A stretch of 64,000 bases of DNA, from IMG/VR virus record IMGVR_UViG_3300043185_000099, positions 1-64,000 of that record. One strand, given 5' to 3'. Each line of letters starts with the position of its first letter. Position 1 is the stretch's first letter. Shown in pieces: positions 1 through 9,951 of this stretch. A program made the translations under genes and the position numbers. The notes below the pieces were generated by a model. It was not told the origin of the DNA. It was given only the letters and a program-made list of their open reading frames with translations, and did no database searches. The stretch comes from a virus.

Positions 1-420
1 CGCCTTGACGATCACCGGGTCGATCATGTCGATTGCGACGTCGAGCGCAAGATCGATGAACATCCCCGCGGCGATCTGGATGGGGCGTCCCCCCTGCTCG
101 GTGGGGAGTCTCTGTGCGAACATGAGCCGGCCAATTGCCCAGACCTCCATGTCGAAGTACCAGCATGGCTGGGGCACGACAGGTGCCGAAAACGTCATGC
201 GGAAGTAGAACGACAGTCTCTTGTCGCCCATGACGAGGAGAGGTTCGCTTGCGAACCGTTGGCCAGGAGCCGCGAGCCTGAAACCGTCGATTCGTCCCCA
301 GTCTCGGACGACGATGTAGAACTCACCGGCCTGCGCGAGCCGGACGATGGTCTCTAGCTCGTCATCCGTCATTGGGACGTACAGCCCGTGCTTGCTTTTG
401 CCGCCGAATGGATTGGTCAT
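1..420 (-). CDS. hypothetical protein (partial, runs off left edge)
   Basis: ATG at 420 overlaps the TGA of the upstream gene (ATGA). Frame MTNPFGGKSKHGLYVPMTDDELET... is open to position 1. Not in the ORF track because it has no stop in the window. Confidence 0.7.
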   Translation of the reverse strand, partial: MTNPFGGKSKHGLYVPMTDDELETIVRLAQAGEFYIVVRDWGRIDGFRLAAPGQRFASEPLLVMGDKRLSFYFRMTFSAPVVPQPCWYFDMEVWAIGRLMFAQRLPTEQGGRPIQIAAGMFIDLALDVAIDMIDPVIVKA

Positions 421-911
421 GGATTTTGCCCTGCTAGGGTGACATAACATGCCCGAGTACGCCCGCGTCTGAACCCCTCGAAGAAAAGGACTTCCATGCC
501 GGGCATCGGTAGGCGTCCGTCCGTCATCTCCGACCTGTGAAGGTAATGGGAGCGTCCATCGGTCGTCCTGATGAACCCGTACCCGCGACGCTCGTTGAAA
601 TCTTCGACGATCCCGTGAGAAGGCGTGGGGGCGTGCAATCTAGAGACGTGATGAGCCTTCGGCGCACTCCCGTTGGAGCGCGTGGTCGGGTCATAGTCCA
701 CATCGACTTCTTCCCCGATGATCGGTGGTGGTCGGATAGCGAAGTTGCCCCAGTTGAAGGCCCGGATGTGGAAGAAGACCTGGCGACCCTCGTCATCCTC
801 TACGAACCCGTAGAGTCGGGTCGGGAGATACTTGAGGACCCGCATCCGCTGCCGAATGATCTCTGACACAGCCCAAGGTCTCGTCTCGCGAAAGCTAGAG
901 GATCGATCCAA
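417..911 (-). CDS. tandem cold-shock domain (OB-fold) protein
   Basis: Two CSD RNP1/RNP2 motif pairs: YGFVEDDEGRQVFFH and RGYGFIRTTDGRSHYLH. The true start may be downstream (about 869 or 845). Confidence 0.8.
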   Translation of the reverse strand: MDRSSSFRETRPWAVSEIIRQRMRVLKYLPTRLYGFVEDDEGRQVFFHIRAFNWGNFAIRPPPIIGEEVDVDYDPTTRSNGSAPKAHHVSRLHAPTPSHGIVEDFNERRGYGFIRTTDGRSHYLHRSEMTDGRLPMPGMEVLFFEGFRRGRTRACYVTLAGQNP

Positions 912-1275
912 CCACCGCCTTCAGCACCTGGCCGATTGTCTGTCCCACTGCCGCGATCCACTTCCGGGCGTGCTCCTTCCGAGCGGCTTCGGCGTTCTGG
1001 AGCTGTGCCAGCATGTTGCTGGCGATCAACAGGTTCTTGGTGACTTTGCGGATATCGGTGGAGTCCCCGTCGAGGAGGCGCTCCACCGCGTCCTGGGCCA
1101 TCTTGAAGCCCTCGGGACCGTGGCGTCGCGCACCGTCGGCAAGGAAGTCGAGGAGCGTCCGTTTCCACGGCTCGTCGGCTTTCGACGCCTGTTCGTCCAA
1201 GACGGCTGCCAACTTGTCGACGCCGGCCTCTCCAACTTTGGAGGCTAGATTTGAGATCTTCCTCTTGTAGCTCAT
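895..1275 (-). CDS. hypothetical helical protein
   Basis: 126-aa ORF in the operon direction with natural composition. Confidence 0.65.
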   Translation of the reverse strand: MSYKRKISNLASKVGEAGVDKLAAVLDEQASKADEPWKRTLLDFLADGARRHGPEGFKMAQDAVERLLDGDSTDIRKVTKNLLIASNMLAQLQNAEAARKEHARKWIAAVGQTIGQVLKAVVGSIL

Positions 1276-1330
1276 GGCTTCTCCTTGGCTTCTTCAAAAG
1301 GCCCGCTCAAGGCGACGGCCATGAGGAACT

Positions 1331-1705
1331 CTACTCGCCTGGCGGACAGAGAGCGGCGGTATCCTCCTCCGAGACGGGAGGCTCCTCGCCCGGGTTCTCT
1401 TCCGAGAGGCCACCCAAGTACATCATCATGGCGATGTGCCATTTGAGCCGCGCCCCCATCACGACGACGTTGAGCGCGGCCATCTCGCAACTCTCGCTAG
1501 ACCAGTTGCCGTCCTCGTCGCATTTGCAGGCGCCGTCGGCCAAGTGTTCGCGCAGCAGCGCGGTGTCTTGCTCAATGGCCATCTCGAGCAGATAGATCTC
1601 GTTCTTGTACGTCAAGGCGTCCCGCACGACAACACGTTTGCAGGCGGACGTGCCCAACATGGAGACCGAGAGCGTCGAGAGAAGGAGCAGTTTAATGGCC
1701 CGCAT
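1331..1705 (-). CDS. putative lipoprotein
   Basis: Signal peptide MRAIKLLLLSTLSVSMLGTSA followed by a lipobox-like Cys. Confidence 0.65.
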   Translation of the reverse strand: MRAIKLLLLSTLSVSMLGTSACKRVVVRDALTYKNEIYLLEMAIEQDTALLREHLADGACKCDEDGNWSSESCEMAALNVVVMGARLKWHIAMMMYLGGLSEENPGEEPPVSEEDTAALCPPGE

Positions 1706-1706
1706 A

Positions 1707-2087
1707 CTAGATCCCGGCCCTCTTGAGCGCCGCGATGATCTCGTGCTTCCAGTCGCGTGACTTGACGTCGAGGCCGGCCTTCTTCGCGATCTGGTACAGC
1801 TCCTTCTGCGTCATGTCTTCGTCCCACTTCGGCTTCTTGGCCTTCTTGGGGGCCTCCTTCTTGGGGGCCTCCTTCTTGGGGGCCTCCTTCTTGGGGGCCT
1901 CCTTCTTGGGGGCCTCCTTCTTGGGAGTCGCAGGAGCGGGAGCCGCTGTCAGTTCGCTCTTTCCCCGCATCTGTTGTTGCTTCTCTAGATCAGAGAGAGT
2001 GGGTTGCTGAACGACGACTCGATGCACCGGAGGAGCAACCTTCCGTTGCACTCGTCCGTACATGGGGGGAGGTGGACGATTCGCCAT
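1707..2087 (-). CDS. Lys-rich protein with KKEAP repeats and a C-terminal HeH/Rho-N-like helical domain
   Basis: (KKEAP)x5 tract followed by MTQKELYQIAKKAGLDVKSRDWKHEIIAAL. Confidence 0.65.
   Translation of the reverse strand: MANRPPPPMYGRVQRKVAPPVHRVVVQQPTLSDLEKQQQMRGKSELTAAPAPATPKKEAPKKEAPKKEAPKKEAPKKEAPKKAKKPKWDEDMTQKELYQIAKKAGLDVKSRDWKHEIIAALKRAGI
1842..1925. repeat. perfect 15-bp tandem repeat (CTTCTTGGGGGCCTC) x5 plus a partial copy
   Basis: Directly visible; encodes PKKEA on the minus strand. Confidence 0.95.
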
Positions 2088-2109
2088 CTACTTGTCTCCT
2101 TTCGACATG

Positions 2110-3240
2110 TTACGCAACTTTCTGTTGTGCGGTGCAGGAACGACAGGCCCACGATTTGCCAGCCAGAAGTTTCTGTGCGGCAACAGGAGCCACAAGCCCG
2201 CAATCACAACGCGTCATCCATTGGGAGGAGGCCGAGCGAAAGAGATGATACAAGACGACACGAGACCCGAACCGTTGGCCGCCGAGATCGTGTAGTTTGG
2301 GGGGTGTTGCCTGTGCGAGCCGAGCCCTCTTTTTCGGGTATCGTGGTTTCACGAACTTCTTGAAGAGATCACGCGAGCCGGCCAAGATTCTGAGGCACTC
2401 TTGTTGCTTGGATCGGTCACGTGGAGGACGGTCATTTGTCGAATAGGAGACCCCTAGACGGTCGAGAACGGCACGGAGGAAATCGAAGCCACCGTGCGCC
2501 TTCTGTGAAAAGGAGATCCCCCGTCCATCACGAGACACGCTCCCATCGGAATCCAGAAGCCCGGCGACCCACTCTTCCCAATGAGCAGGATTTTCAGGAA
2601 ACACCCACTTCTCTCGGTCGAGCCCAGACACCTTGAAGCGCGCGAAATCTTCCGCAAGACGGACTGAATAGACATGAACTCCTGTCTTGGTGGTTCCCCA
2701 AGGAATCTTGAGACGGTCCAGCGCCTTAGAGATCTTGGCTTGATTTTCTGGAGGAACGCAAGCAAACGTGATAACGCCTCCTCCATCTTCGGCGAAATAT
2801 GTCGACCCATCGCCATGGAACACGCCAAGCAACCAGCACCAATCGCGGTCTTGAAGATTGAGCGAATGCCAGTACTTGGTCGAACCGCACGACTTGCACG
2901 ACTTTGAGTGACCGCTCCGTAGGTCTGGTCCCCCGACAGTTCCTTCGCGACCGCAATCACACACGACGTTCCAACGAGCTGTGGCGTTCTTGTTGGCCCT
3001 GCTAAGGACGGTCCACTTACCGAAGCGTCGACCGGTGAGGTCAATTAATTTCGTGAAGGTTGCACGGCCGCACTTGCGACATGCCTTCCCACCACCGTTT
3101 CGGAGGCGTTGAGACGGGACTACATCTTCCTTGCCGCAGTCGCAGCGGACGAGCCAGTGCACAGGACCAGAGATCGACACTTTCCGTAGAACGGTCCGCG
3201 ATCCGAACTTCTGTCCAGTTAGATCGAGGAACTTGCTCAT
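2110..3240 (-). CDS. homing endonuclease (LAGLIDADG-like, with repeated DLTG..FG..W..CDCG modules)
   Basis: Motifs WLLGVFHGDGS and WVAGLLDSDGS. Three DLxGxxFG...CDCG modules typical of phage homing endonucleases. Confidence 0.75.
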   Translation of the reverse strand: MSKFLDLTGQKFGSRTVLRKVSISGPVHWLVRCDCGKEDVVPSQRLRNGGGKACRKCGRATFTKLIDLTGRRFGKWTVLSRANKNATARWNVVCDCGREGTVGGPDLRSGHSKSCKSCGSTKYWHSLNLQDRDWCWLLGVFHGDGSTYFAEDGGGVITFACVPPENQAKISKALDRLKIPWGTTKTGVHVYSVRLAEDFARFKVSGLDREKWVFPENPAHWEEWVAGLLDSDGSVSRDGRGISFSQKAHGGFDFLRAVLDRLGVSYSTNDRPPRDRSKQQECLRILAGSRDLFKKFVKPRYPKKRARLAQATPPKLHDLGGQRFGSRVVLYHLFRSASSQWMTRCDCGLVAPVAAQKLLAGKSWACRSCTAQQKVA

Positions 3241-3509
3241 GCCTCTGGTTTCTCCGAATGACCCGACATGATGGCTGCTACGCGCGTGTAGCGATCGACG
3301 AGAGCTTGACCGCCGATGTAGAAACTGGCCAGCGTGCCCGCGGTGACGGCCAACACCATGAAGGCGACGTTCTCTCCGAGCGCACCGATCTCCTGCTCAA
3401 AGAGCATGATCCCCATCAACAGGAAGAAGCCGATCTCGCAAACGAGGAAGGCGATGAATTTCTTGGACGCGAGAGCACCCTTTTCTCCGTTGTTCGTATT
3501 CTTCGCCAT
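3237..3509 (-). CDS. holin-like two-TM membrane protein
   Basis: MAKNTNNGEKGALASKKFIAFLV...YIGGQALVD: SKKF start, two hydrophobic segments, YIGGQ..VD tail. Confidence 0.55.
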   Translation of the reverse strand: MAKNTNNGEKGALASKKFIAFLVCEIGFFLLMGIMLFEQEIGALGENVAFMVLAVTAGTLASFYIGGQALVDRYTRVAAIMSGHSEKPEA

Positions 3510-3598
3510 GGTCAGGTGCATCTCTTCGGTTGCTGTTTCGGAGCCAAATGCGGGGGGAGATTGACGATCTGGGAGACGCGGCCCACGGCCTGGCCACG

Positions 3599-4039
3599 TC
3601 AGCACTTCCTTGGCTGCATCTTCGGGGCGAGATGCGGGGGCAAGTTGATGGATTGCGCCACGCGACCCGCTGGCAGGAACCTGCCACCGAGTCGACCCGC
3701 TGTGTAGACCGGAATCCGGTTCATCCTGGCCTGGAACGTGTCTTCGCTGGTCGTGCAGTCCTTGACCAGGAACACGAGTCCAGGATTGTCCCGGAACAGG
3801 AGATCGAACCGCTCCTTTTCGCAAGGCCAGAGTGCCGGGTAGAGCTTACAGAAATCAGTGCGAGCCAGCTGGGAGTGCTCAAGGGCGTCCAGGATGAAGC
3901 AGTCCTGCAGCACGATGGGGTTGTCGGGGTCGCACTCGCAACCCTTGAGCGTGTTCGTGCCCGAGGAGAGGATCCAGTAGTTCGTCGAGCACGTGCAGGG
4001 AAACTGCCGACATTGCGCGCAGTTAGTCTCGCAGCCCAT
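3599..4039 (-). CDS. Cys-rich hypothetical protein
   Basis: 146 aa, N-terminal CETNCAQCRQFPCTC. Confidence 0.65.
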   Translation of the reverse strand: MGCETNCAQCRQFPCTCSTNYWILSSGTNTLKGCECDPDNPIVLQDCFILDALEHSQLARTDFCKLYPALWPCEKERFDLLFRDNPGLVFLVKDCTTSEDTFQARMNRIPVYTAGRLGGRFLPAGRVAQSINLPPHLAPKMQPRKC

Positions 4040-4074
4040 CCCCAGCGGGCATCGGATAGGCAGATTACTGCGGA

Positions 4075-4800
4075 CTACTCGGGCGTCTCTGATCCCAGGA
4101 GCGCGCTGATATCCACCGTCTCCGCGTCCTGCACGAGTTGCCGCAGGTTCTTCTTGTCGCCCGATATGCGGGGCGCGTCGAACGCAGGGGGCACGGCCGC
4201 AACCTCTACGACGACAGGAGCGGATACCGCGTCGGCCGTCTTCACGATCCCTTTCCGTCGCGGTGGGGGTTCGTCAGGAGGCGGGGACACGCGAACCTCG
4301 TCCGGCCCGGCCGACATCGGACCCGCATCGTCCTTTTCCTTTTTTCCGCCCCCTCGTTTTTCCCCGATTGCTTGGAGATGCTCCCAGATCTCCTTCCTCT
4401 TGCTCCCGAAGGAAGAGATGTCGATTCCGAGTTCGGCCGCCAGCTTGCGTAGTTCGTCGAGGAGCGGGACTTGTCGTTTTTTCGGCGGCTTGGCCTGGGG
4501 CACGACGGGGGCTTCGCCGTCGTAGCCGATTGCCAGGATCGCATGTCCAGTCTCCGACACGTAGATCGTTGCGCGGCCTCGTCTCCCTATCTTCGTCGCT
4601 TGGTGCTCGGCGACGATCTTGGCGAAGTCGCTCGTGACGAGGAACTTGTTTGCTCGCTCGACGAGTGTCGCCAAATTCTCCGCGGCCGCGCTCAAGGCAT
4701 CGCCGAGGAGAGCCTCACCGAACGACTCGCCGCTGCTGTTGAGAAGCTGGACGGCTAGATGAATGTCGATGGGACCTGAGTACGGCTTGGCCTTTGGCAT
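4075..4800 (-). CDS. hypothetical protein
   Basis: 241-aa ORF with a central HeH-like segment (LDELRKLAAELGIDISSFG). Confidence 0.7.
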   Translation of the reverse strand: MPKAKPYSGPIDIHLAVQLLNSSGESFGEALLGDALSAAAENLATLVERANKFLVTSDFAKIVAEHQATKIGRRGRATIYVSETGHAILAIGYDGEAPVVPQAKPPKKRQVPLLDELRKLAAELGIDISSFGSKRKEIWEHLQAIGEKRGGGKKEKDDAGPMSAGPDEVRVSPPPDEPPPRRKGIVKTADAVSAPVVVEVAAVPPAFDAPRISGDKKNLRQLVQDAETVDISALLGSETPE

Positions 4801-4809
4801 AGATTTTCC

Positions 4810-5298
4810 TCACAGAACGCGGACTATGCCGCCGAGCACGATGACTCCGTCGCGCGGTCTTGCCACCACATCACCAATGATCTGCACGGGTTGGTGTGGA
4901 CGTCGACCCCATGAGATCTTTTCGACATCGAGGGGGTTGCGGGTCTCGAAGTAGCCCGCCCATCCGTGCGACGATCTGAAGTAGACTCGGTAAAAGGCCC
5001 GACCCCGTTCGCGAACGTAGCGCATCCTCGTGACGGTCACCTCGATGGGGTATCGCTCGCCGTCTGCTGGTGGCTCGCGCACGGTCCCCCGGACCGAAGC
5101 CTGCTCGTACGCTTCCAACGCATCGGCGATCATCGCCAGCTCGCACCCCACGTGCTCATCTTCGGTATCTCGGAGAAGGGCCGCGACGACTTGCTCGCGG
5201 AGAGCGTCGCTCGCGGGGAGGGAGCTGAGGGCCCACGCTTCCCGAGGGTGATCGTTCATCCACGCCTTTACCCGTTCGCTGGACTCGACGGGAATCAC
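4810..5298 (-). CDS. hypothetical protein
   Basis: GTG at 5298 overlaps the upstream stop (GTGA). Confidence 0.6.
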   Translation of the reverse strand: MIPVESSERVKAWMNDHPREAWALSSLPASDALREQVVAALLRDTEDEHVGCELAMIADALEAYEQASVRGTVREPPADGERYPIEVTVTRMRYVRERGRAFYRVYFRSSHGWAGYFETRNPLDVEKISWGRRPHQPVQIIGDVVARPRDGVIVLGGIVRVL

Positions 5299-5822
5299 GT
5301 AAGACTCCAGCAGGACTCGTGAACCCAGAGCAGGTTGCCGCCGCCCCAGATCGGAGCAACCGATCCAAGGAACGGCTGTGCGCACAATGGACAGACTCGA
5401 GCCTGTTCGACGATCTCGTCTAGCGTTCGTGGAAAACCAGGTCGTGGATCGAAGAGAGGCGAACGCGGCAACGGTTTGCTACAACACATCCATTTGATAC
5501 GTGGATCCCGCTCAAAGAGCGGGTGGTAGCTATGGAAAGCTTCGGAGAGTCCTTCCGTCGCGGATTGCAGAAGGGCCTCGGTGCCCTCGACGTCGTGGAT
5601 GACCACTGCAACCTTGCCACGATGGACGCTGGGCGGTCCGTCCCACACGACTTCAATCGATAACAACGTATCCCCACGTAGGATGTCGTGCTCGGCCGAG
5701 AGCTTGATCAGTAACCACGAGGGCCGCTCAATCTCCCCTAGGATCGTCCGAGTCGCGATTTCGGGGAGTCCCAAACCTCCCCAAAACCTGTCAGTGCTGT
5801 TTGAGACGCTGATCAGAGGCAC
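5295..5822 (-). CDS. hypothetical protein with C-terminal CxxC...HxxC
   Basis: 175-aa ORF, CPLC and WVHESC motifs. Confidence 0.6.
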   Translation of the reverse strand: MPLISVSNSTDRFWGGLGLPEIATRTILGEIERPSWLLIKLSAEHDILRGDTLLSIEVVWDGPPSVHRGKVAVVIHDVEGTEALLQSATEGLSEAFHSYHPLFERDPRIKWMCCSKPLPRSPLFDPRPGFPRTLDEIVEQARVCPLCAQPFLGSVAPIWGGGNLLWVHESCWSLT

Positions 5823-5893
5823 AGAAAAGTCCCTCGCGGCACTATACGCACGCGAGAGACCCTTCTTATGGGGCGAAATTCGCCCCTACTTCA

Positions 5894-6091
5894 TCAGCCT
5901 GAAACCCGAGGCACGTAGAAGTACTGCGTGTTGCCGTTGGTCGGGGCCGTGCTCATGTTGGCCCGAGCCGGACCCGTCGTGGCGCTGGTGATCGCTCGGT
6001 AGCGCCCGATGTTGTGGTAGGGACCCGACTGCGGCAGCCGGTAGTTCGGCGGCGAGGGCTGGAACTGCGAGGTCGTCGAGCGGATGGCCAT
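5894..6091 (-). CDS. small hypothetical protein
   Basis: 65 aa with an AGGAG Shine-Dalgarno upstream. Confidence 0.55.
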   Translation of the reverse strand: MAIRSTTSQFQPSPPNYRLPQSGPYHNIGRYRAITSATTGPARANMSTAPTNGNTQYFYVPRVSG

Positions 6092-6163
6092 GATGAATCT
6101 CCTGCTCGAACGCCCTTCCTATAGCCGCGCTATACACGCGTCCACGCTCCGGGTGCAGCCGGG

Positions 6164-6367
6164 TCATGGCTTTGTCCTGGCCCGGCCCTGCAAGGTGACC
6201 CAGATCGCCCAGAGCAAGATGCCGGCGGCGCACAAGAGGGCGCACAGAAACAGCAGCGCGTTGATCGGGTTCATGAGCGCGTGCCTCCGCGTGCCCTCGA
6301 CCGACACGACAACGCGCCCGTCCTTGTCGATGACTTCGACCGGCAGCGGATCGGCCATGTGGATCAT
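6164..6367 (-). CDS. small membrane protein
   Basis: 67 aa with one long hydrophobic segment. Confidence 0.55.
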   Translation of the reverse strand: MIHMADPLPVEVIDKDGRVVVSVEGTRRHALMNPINALLFLCALLCAAGILLWAIWVTLQGRARTKP

Positions 6368-7044
6368 TATACGCCCTCACGGAGCCTCTGTCGCCTGACA
6401 GGCCCGTGGGACCAGTGTTCGTTCGTCTGCACATGGTCGGCGCGGACGAGCTTCCCGATCTTCGTCGCGAAGTCGGCATCATGGATGGCCCCTGACACTC
6501 TCACGACGACACCCTCACGAGCCCCGCCGTAGACCGATGGGTGTCCCATGTAAGCGATTGTGTAGGACTCGAGCGCGCGCAGTGTCGTAATGTCGACGCC
6601 CTTGCTCAGCACAGGCACAGTCGGAGCCCCGATCTCGGCTGCGATCGTCTCCACGTCGGACCAGGCCCACCACGTCGGCGAGAGACTATCCCACGGGATC
6701 CCATCCCAGCGGGCAGCAAAAACATGGAACCACGAGGGGAGTGCCTCGTACTCGATACTATGCACCGCGTACGTCCACTCGCCGAAGATGGACAGTCCGG
6801 GTGGAATCTGGAACCGCACGCTTGCGTGGAGCGCTTTGGCGGCGGCGAACGACGGATGCCCAGGAGCGCCCGAGTGAGACCTCGCGAAGATGGCGTCGCG
6901 CGTGAATGCCACATTGCTCCCATCTAATTTCTCGGTGACGACCAGGGGCACGCCCAGCAGGCCGACGTCCCCCATGCGCCGGTCGTCGCAGGTTCCGCCG
7001 GGCGACCAGGGAAGATGGGGGGTGCGAGGATACTTCGCGGACAT
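6367..7044 (-). CDS. RNA ligase family nucleotidyltransferase
   Basis: N-terminal KYPRTPHLPWSPG, motif I EKLDGSN, GEW, REGVVVR and KLVR. Confidence 0.85.
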   Translation of the reverse strand: MSAKYPRTPHLPWSPGGTCDDRRMGDVGLLGVPLVVTEKLDGSNVAFTRDAIFARSHSGAPGHPSFAAAKALHASVRFQIPPGLSIFGEWTYAVHSIEYEALPSWFHVFAARWDGIPWDSLSPTWWAWSDVETIAAEIGAPTVPVLSKGVDITTLRALESYTIAYMGHPSVYGGAREGVVVRVSGAIHDADFATKIGKLVRADHVQTNEHWSHGPVRRQRLREGV

Positions 7045-7127
7045 GACCTGTAGGTACGGGCTCTCCCCGATCTATACACGACCATTCGACCGGGTAAAAG
7101 GGCGCAGAACCGAAAACCGAGTATCAG

Positions 7128-7400
7128 ATGAACGAGTACGAGCAGATGCTGCATCGGTGGGAGGACGACACGCGGTTCCGCTTGGACCGCCTCGCCTACG
7201 CCCAACTCGTCGAGGCGGGTGCGGCCGTTGTCCCGATGCTGCTCCGAGCTGTCGAGCGCCGATCGGGGTGGAAGGCCCTCACGGCGCTGCGGGGGATCTT
7301 CGGCGAAGATGGCCCTGTGGTCGAGGACATCGCCGGCCGATTCGAGCCGATCTGTCAGCGGTGGATCGACTGTGCCCGAGCGCGAGGCATCTCGTGGTGA
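7128..7400 (+). CDS. hypothetical protein
   Basis: 90-aa ORF whose stop overlaps the UDG start. Confidence 0.6.
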   Translation: MNEYEQMLHRWEDDTRFRLDRLAYAQLVEAGAAVVPMLLRAVERRSGWKALTALRGIFGEDGPVVEDIAGRFEPICQRWIDCARARGISW

Positions 7401-7996
7401 ACGTCGCCGACCGCCTGGAGTACCTCCGCGTCCACAAGATCGGAGACTGCACACGATGCCCCCTGCACCTGCACAGGACGCGCGTCGTCTTCGGAGAGGG
7501 ACGCCCCGACGCGGATATCATGTTCGTGGGTGAGGCCCCCGGACAACAGGAGGACGCGACGGGCCGTCCATTCGTCGGGCTTGCGGGGCAACTATTGAAT
7601 GCATGGATTGCGGCGATCGGTCTGCGGCGCGAGGGCGTCTACATCGCCAACACCGTGAAGTGTCGCCCGCTTGAGAACCGAGATCCGTACCCGACGGAGA
7701 AGGAGACGTGTGCTCCGTTTCTGCACACGCAGATCTTCCTGGTGCGACCAAAGGTGCTGGTGGCGCTTGGGCGGCATGCGGCTCACAGCCTGGCCGAGAC
7801 CGACATCGCGATGAAGAGCCTACGCGGAGCAGACCTCCACTATCGCAACGCGCAGACCGGGGTCGCCGTGCCTGTCGTGGCAACGTACCATCCGAGTTAC
7901 GTCCTCAGGAAAGGCCGCGGCGAACCCGAGCAAGAGGTCCTGGCCGACCTACGCCGCGCCGTGACGTTGGGCGGCCTATCGACGGGACAGGGGTGA
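7397..7996 (+). CDS. uracil-DNA glycosylase, family 4 (4Fe-4S)
   Basis: CTRC, VGEAPG, GRPFVG, NTVKCRP and TYHPS motifs. Confidence 0.92.
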   Translation: MNVADRLEYLRVHKIGDCTRCPLHLHRTRVVFGEGRPDADIMFVGEAPGQQEDATGRPFVGLAGQLLNAWIAAIGLRREGVYIANTVKCRPLENRDPYPTEKETCAPFLHTQIFLVRPKVLVALGRHAAHSLAETDIAMKSLRGADLHYRNAQTGVAVPVVATYHPSYVLRKGRGEPEQEVLADLRRAVTLGGLSTGQG

Positions 7997-8166
7997 TGTC
8001 CACGGCAGTGAAACAAGGCAAGGACAAGGACGCCCGGGCCAAGGCCCGCACAGCGACCTTGGCTGCGGAAATCACCCGAGCGGCGACGATGACCATGAGC
8101 GAGGCCGACCGCGCCAAGGCCCTTCTCGCTCTCGGCCTATTGGCGCCACCCGCGCAAGACGGGTGA
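7996..8166 (+). CDS. small hypothetical protein
   Basis: ATG overlaps the UDG stop; MSTAVKQGKDK... Confidence 0.5.
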   Translation: MSTAVKQGKDKDARAKARTATLAAEITRAATMTMSEADRAKALLALGLLAPPAQDG

Positions 8167-8770
8167 GATCTCCCTCCCAGTTCCGAGGATTCGCAGTAAA
8201 CGGCGAAATTCCGCGTTTCCGCGGCTATTCGTGACCAAGGATGAGGCGTAGATATGCCCGTGACCTCGGACGCCCGCGCTCGTGCTCGACGACTCGTGGA
8301 CTTCTGGCGCAGTCGTCAGTGGCTGCGGTCCCCGTCGCCCGTCCACGTGCATCCTCTGGATCTCACGAAACTGGAGGAGCTGATCACCATGGAATTGACG
8401 GCGAACGCTGGGAATGGCCAAGACGAGGCTCGTGGCGACGTGTAACCTTCGACAGAGCCCCGTACTTTCCGTCGGAGGAGGACCCCCTGCCCAAGGCCAG
8501 CAAATTTGAACGTCGACGGAAGAAGGCCCGTCGCAAGCGAAACCGTCGTGAGAGGGCAGCCAACGTCTCGACGGTCCCGTCGGAAACGCGCGTCCGTACC
8601 TCCTTCAAGGCCAAGGCGCGACGAGGTGACGAGGCCATCCTCGACTTTGTCTTCTCGTCGACAGCCGTCCCCTTCATTCCTGACGAGCCCGAGCCCGAGG
8701 CGGCCGCGAAGCGGCGTCATGATGCCGTGGAGACGTGGGAGGCGGGAAATCACCAGACTGTGGGCGACGC

Positions 8771-9427
8771 CTAGTCCGCGTGCGCGGTCGGGAACTTCGC
8801 GCGGACGAAATCCTGCATCTGCTTGCGGGAAACCGGTCGGTGTCCGTCCCACGGAACGTCGTCGCCCCAGAGAAAGCCAAACTCGAAGGAAATCCCGCGG
8901 GCCTTGGAGTAGAGATCCTTGTCGGTAGAGATGGCAAACGCTGGATCGGACTTCGGGTCGACGGCGATCTGAGCCTTGGGTGGTCCCTTCGTGTGGTACA
9001 TGCCGAGCACCCCATCCTTCGACTTGTGGATGACGGCGTCCTGTCCGTACGTACGCCCGAGATCGAACAGCTGCTCGGGACGGATGTTGGGGATGAGCAT
9101 GGACTTCTCGGTCACCCCCTCCCAGGAACCTCGCAACGGAACAGGTCGATAGCCGAGACGCTGCAGGTCCGCCATCAACTCGCCATGCCGCTCTTGATTC
9201 TTCTTCTTGCTGCTCCCGCTTTGGTACGCGGAGACGATCCCGAAGGTGCCCCCATGCTCCAGCATCTTCTGGAGGTTGCGCTTGCGCAGGGCCTCCTTGT
9301 CGAGCGACGCAGCGATATCCCGGGCTGTTTCTCGATCAGACAGGTGCTCGATCTCGGCGAGGAGGCTCGTGGCTAAGTTCGGCCGTTCCCGGGCCATTCG
9401 CAGGATTCGATCGGTAACGAGCACCAT
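8771..9427 (-). CDS. conserved phage protein (DUF3293-like)
   Basis: FGIVSAY...KNQERH..L...GSW..TEKSMLI...YGQDAVI pattern. Confidence 0.6.
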   Translation of the reverse strand: MVLVTDRILRMARERPNLATSLLAEIEHLSDRETARDIAASLDKEALRKRNLQKMLEHGGTFGIVSAYQSGSSKKKNQERHGELMADLQRLGYRPVPLRGSWEGVTEKSMLIPNIRPEQLFDLGRTYGQDAVIHKSKDGVLGMYHTKGPPKAQIAVDPKSDPAFAISTDKDLYSKARGISFEFGFLWGDDVPWDGHRPVSRKQMQDFVRAKFPTAHAD

Positions 9428-9491
9428 CTGTAGAGGCCCCGACGTATAGAGGGACCATCGACGGTAGAGTCCGTTCCACAGGAGACAGCAC

Positions 9492-9944
9492 ATGACAAGC
9501 GACATCAAACAGACCATCCGGGACATCGGGCGCCTCACGGAGCGCCGCTCCGACATGGACGATTTCAAGGCGATGGCCACGGTTCCGCTCATCGACATGA
9601 TGCGGCCGTGGCTCGTCATCACCAATCTCGACTTCAAGGACGTCGTACATGTCTCGGTCGAGGAGATCTGGTCGGCGTTATGTCGTGTTCACGACAAGCT
9701 GGGCGGGATCCTCGACGTGCTCGAGGAGGACCAGATGCGGGAGACTGCATGCCGCATGATCGCGAGCGTCACCGTACGCGATGCGGATCCCGTAGTAGAT
9801 GGGGACATCCTCCTCCACTGCGGCACGACGATCTCGTGGGACGGAGGATCGTGGCAGTACGTGTCCGATCCCAAGCTCCGGATGCGCGCCTCTGCGAAGA
9901 CGTACGCAGAGGCGCTGGAAGCCGTGCGCGGAAGATCGGAGTAG
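9492..9944 (+). CDS. hypothetical protein
   Basis: 150 aa, AGGAG Shine-Dalgarno upstream. Confidence 0.65.
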   Translation: MTSDIKQTIRDIGRLTERRSDMDDFKAMATVPLIDMMRPWLVITNLDFKDVVHVSVEEIWSALCRVHDKLGGILDVLEEDQMRETACRMIASVTVRDADPVVDGDILLHCGTTISWDGGSWQYVSDPKLRMRASAKTYAEALEAVRGRSE

Positions 9945-9951
9945 AAGGAAC

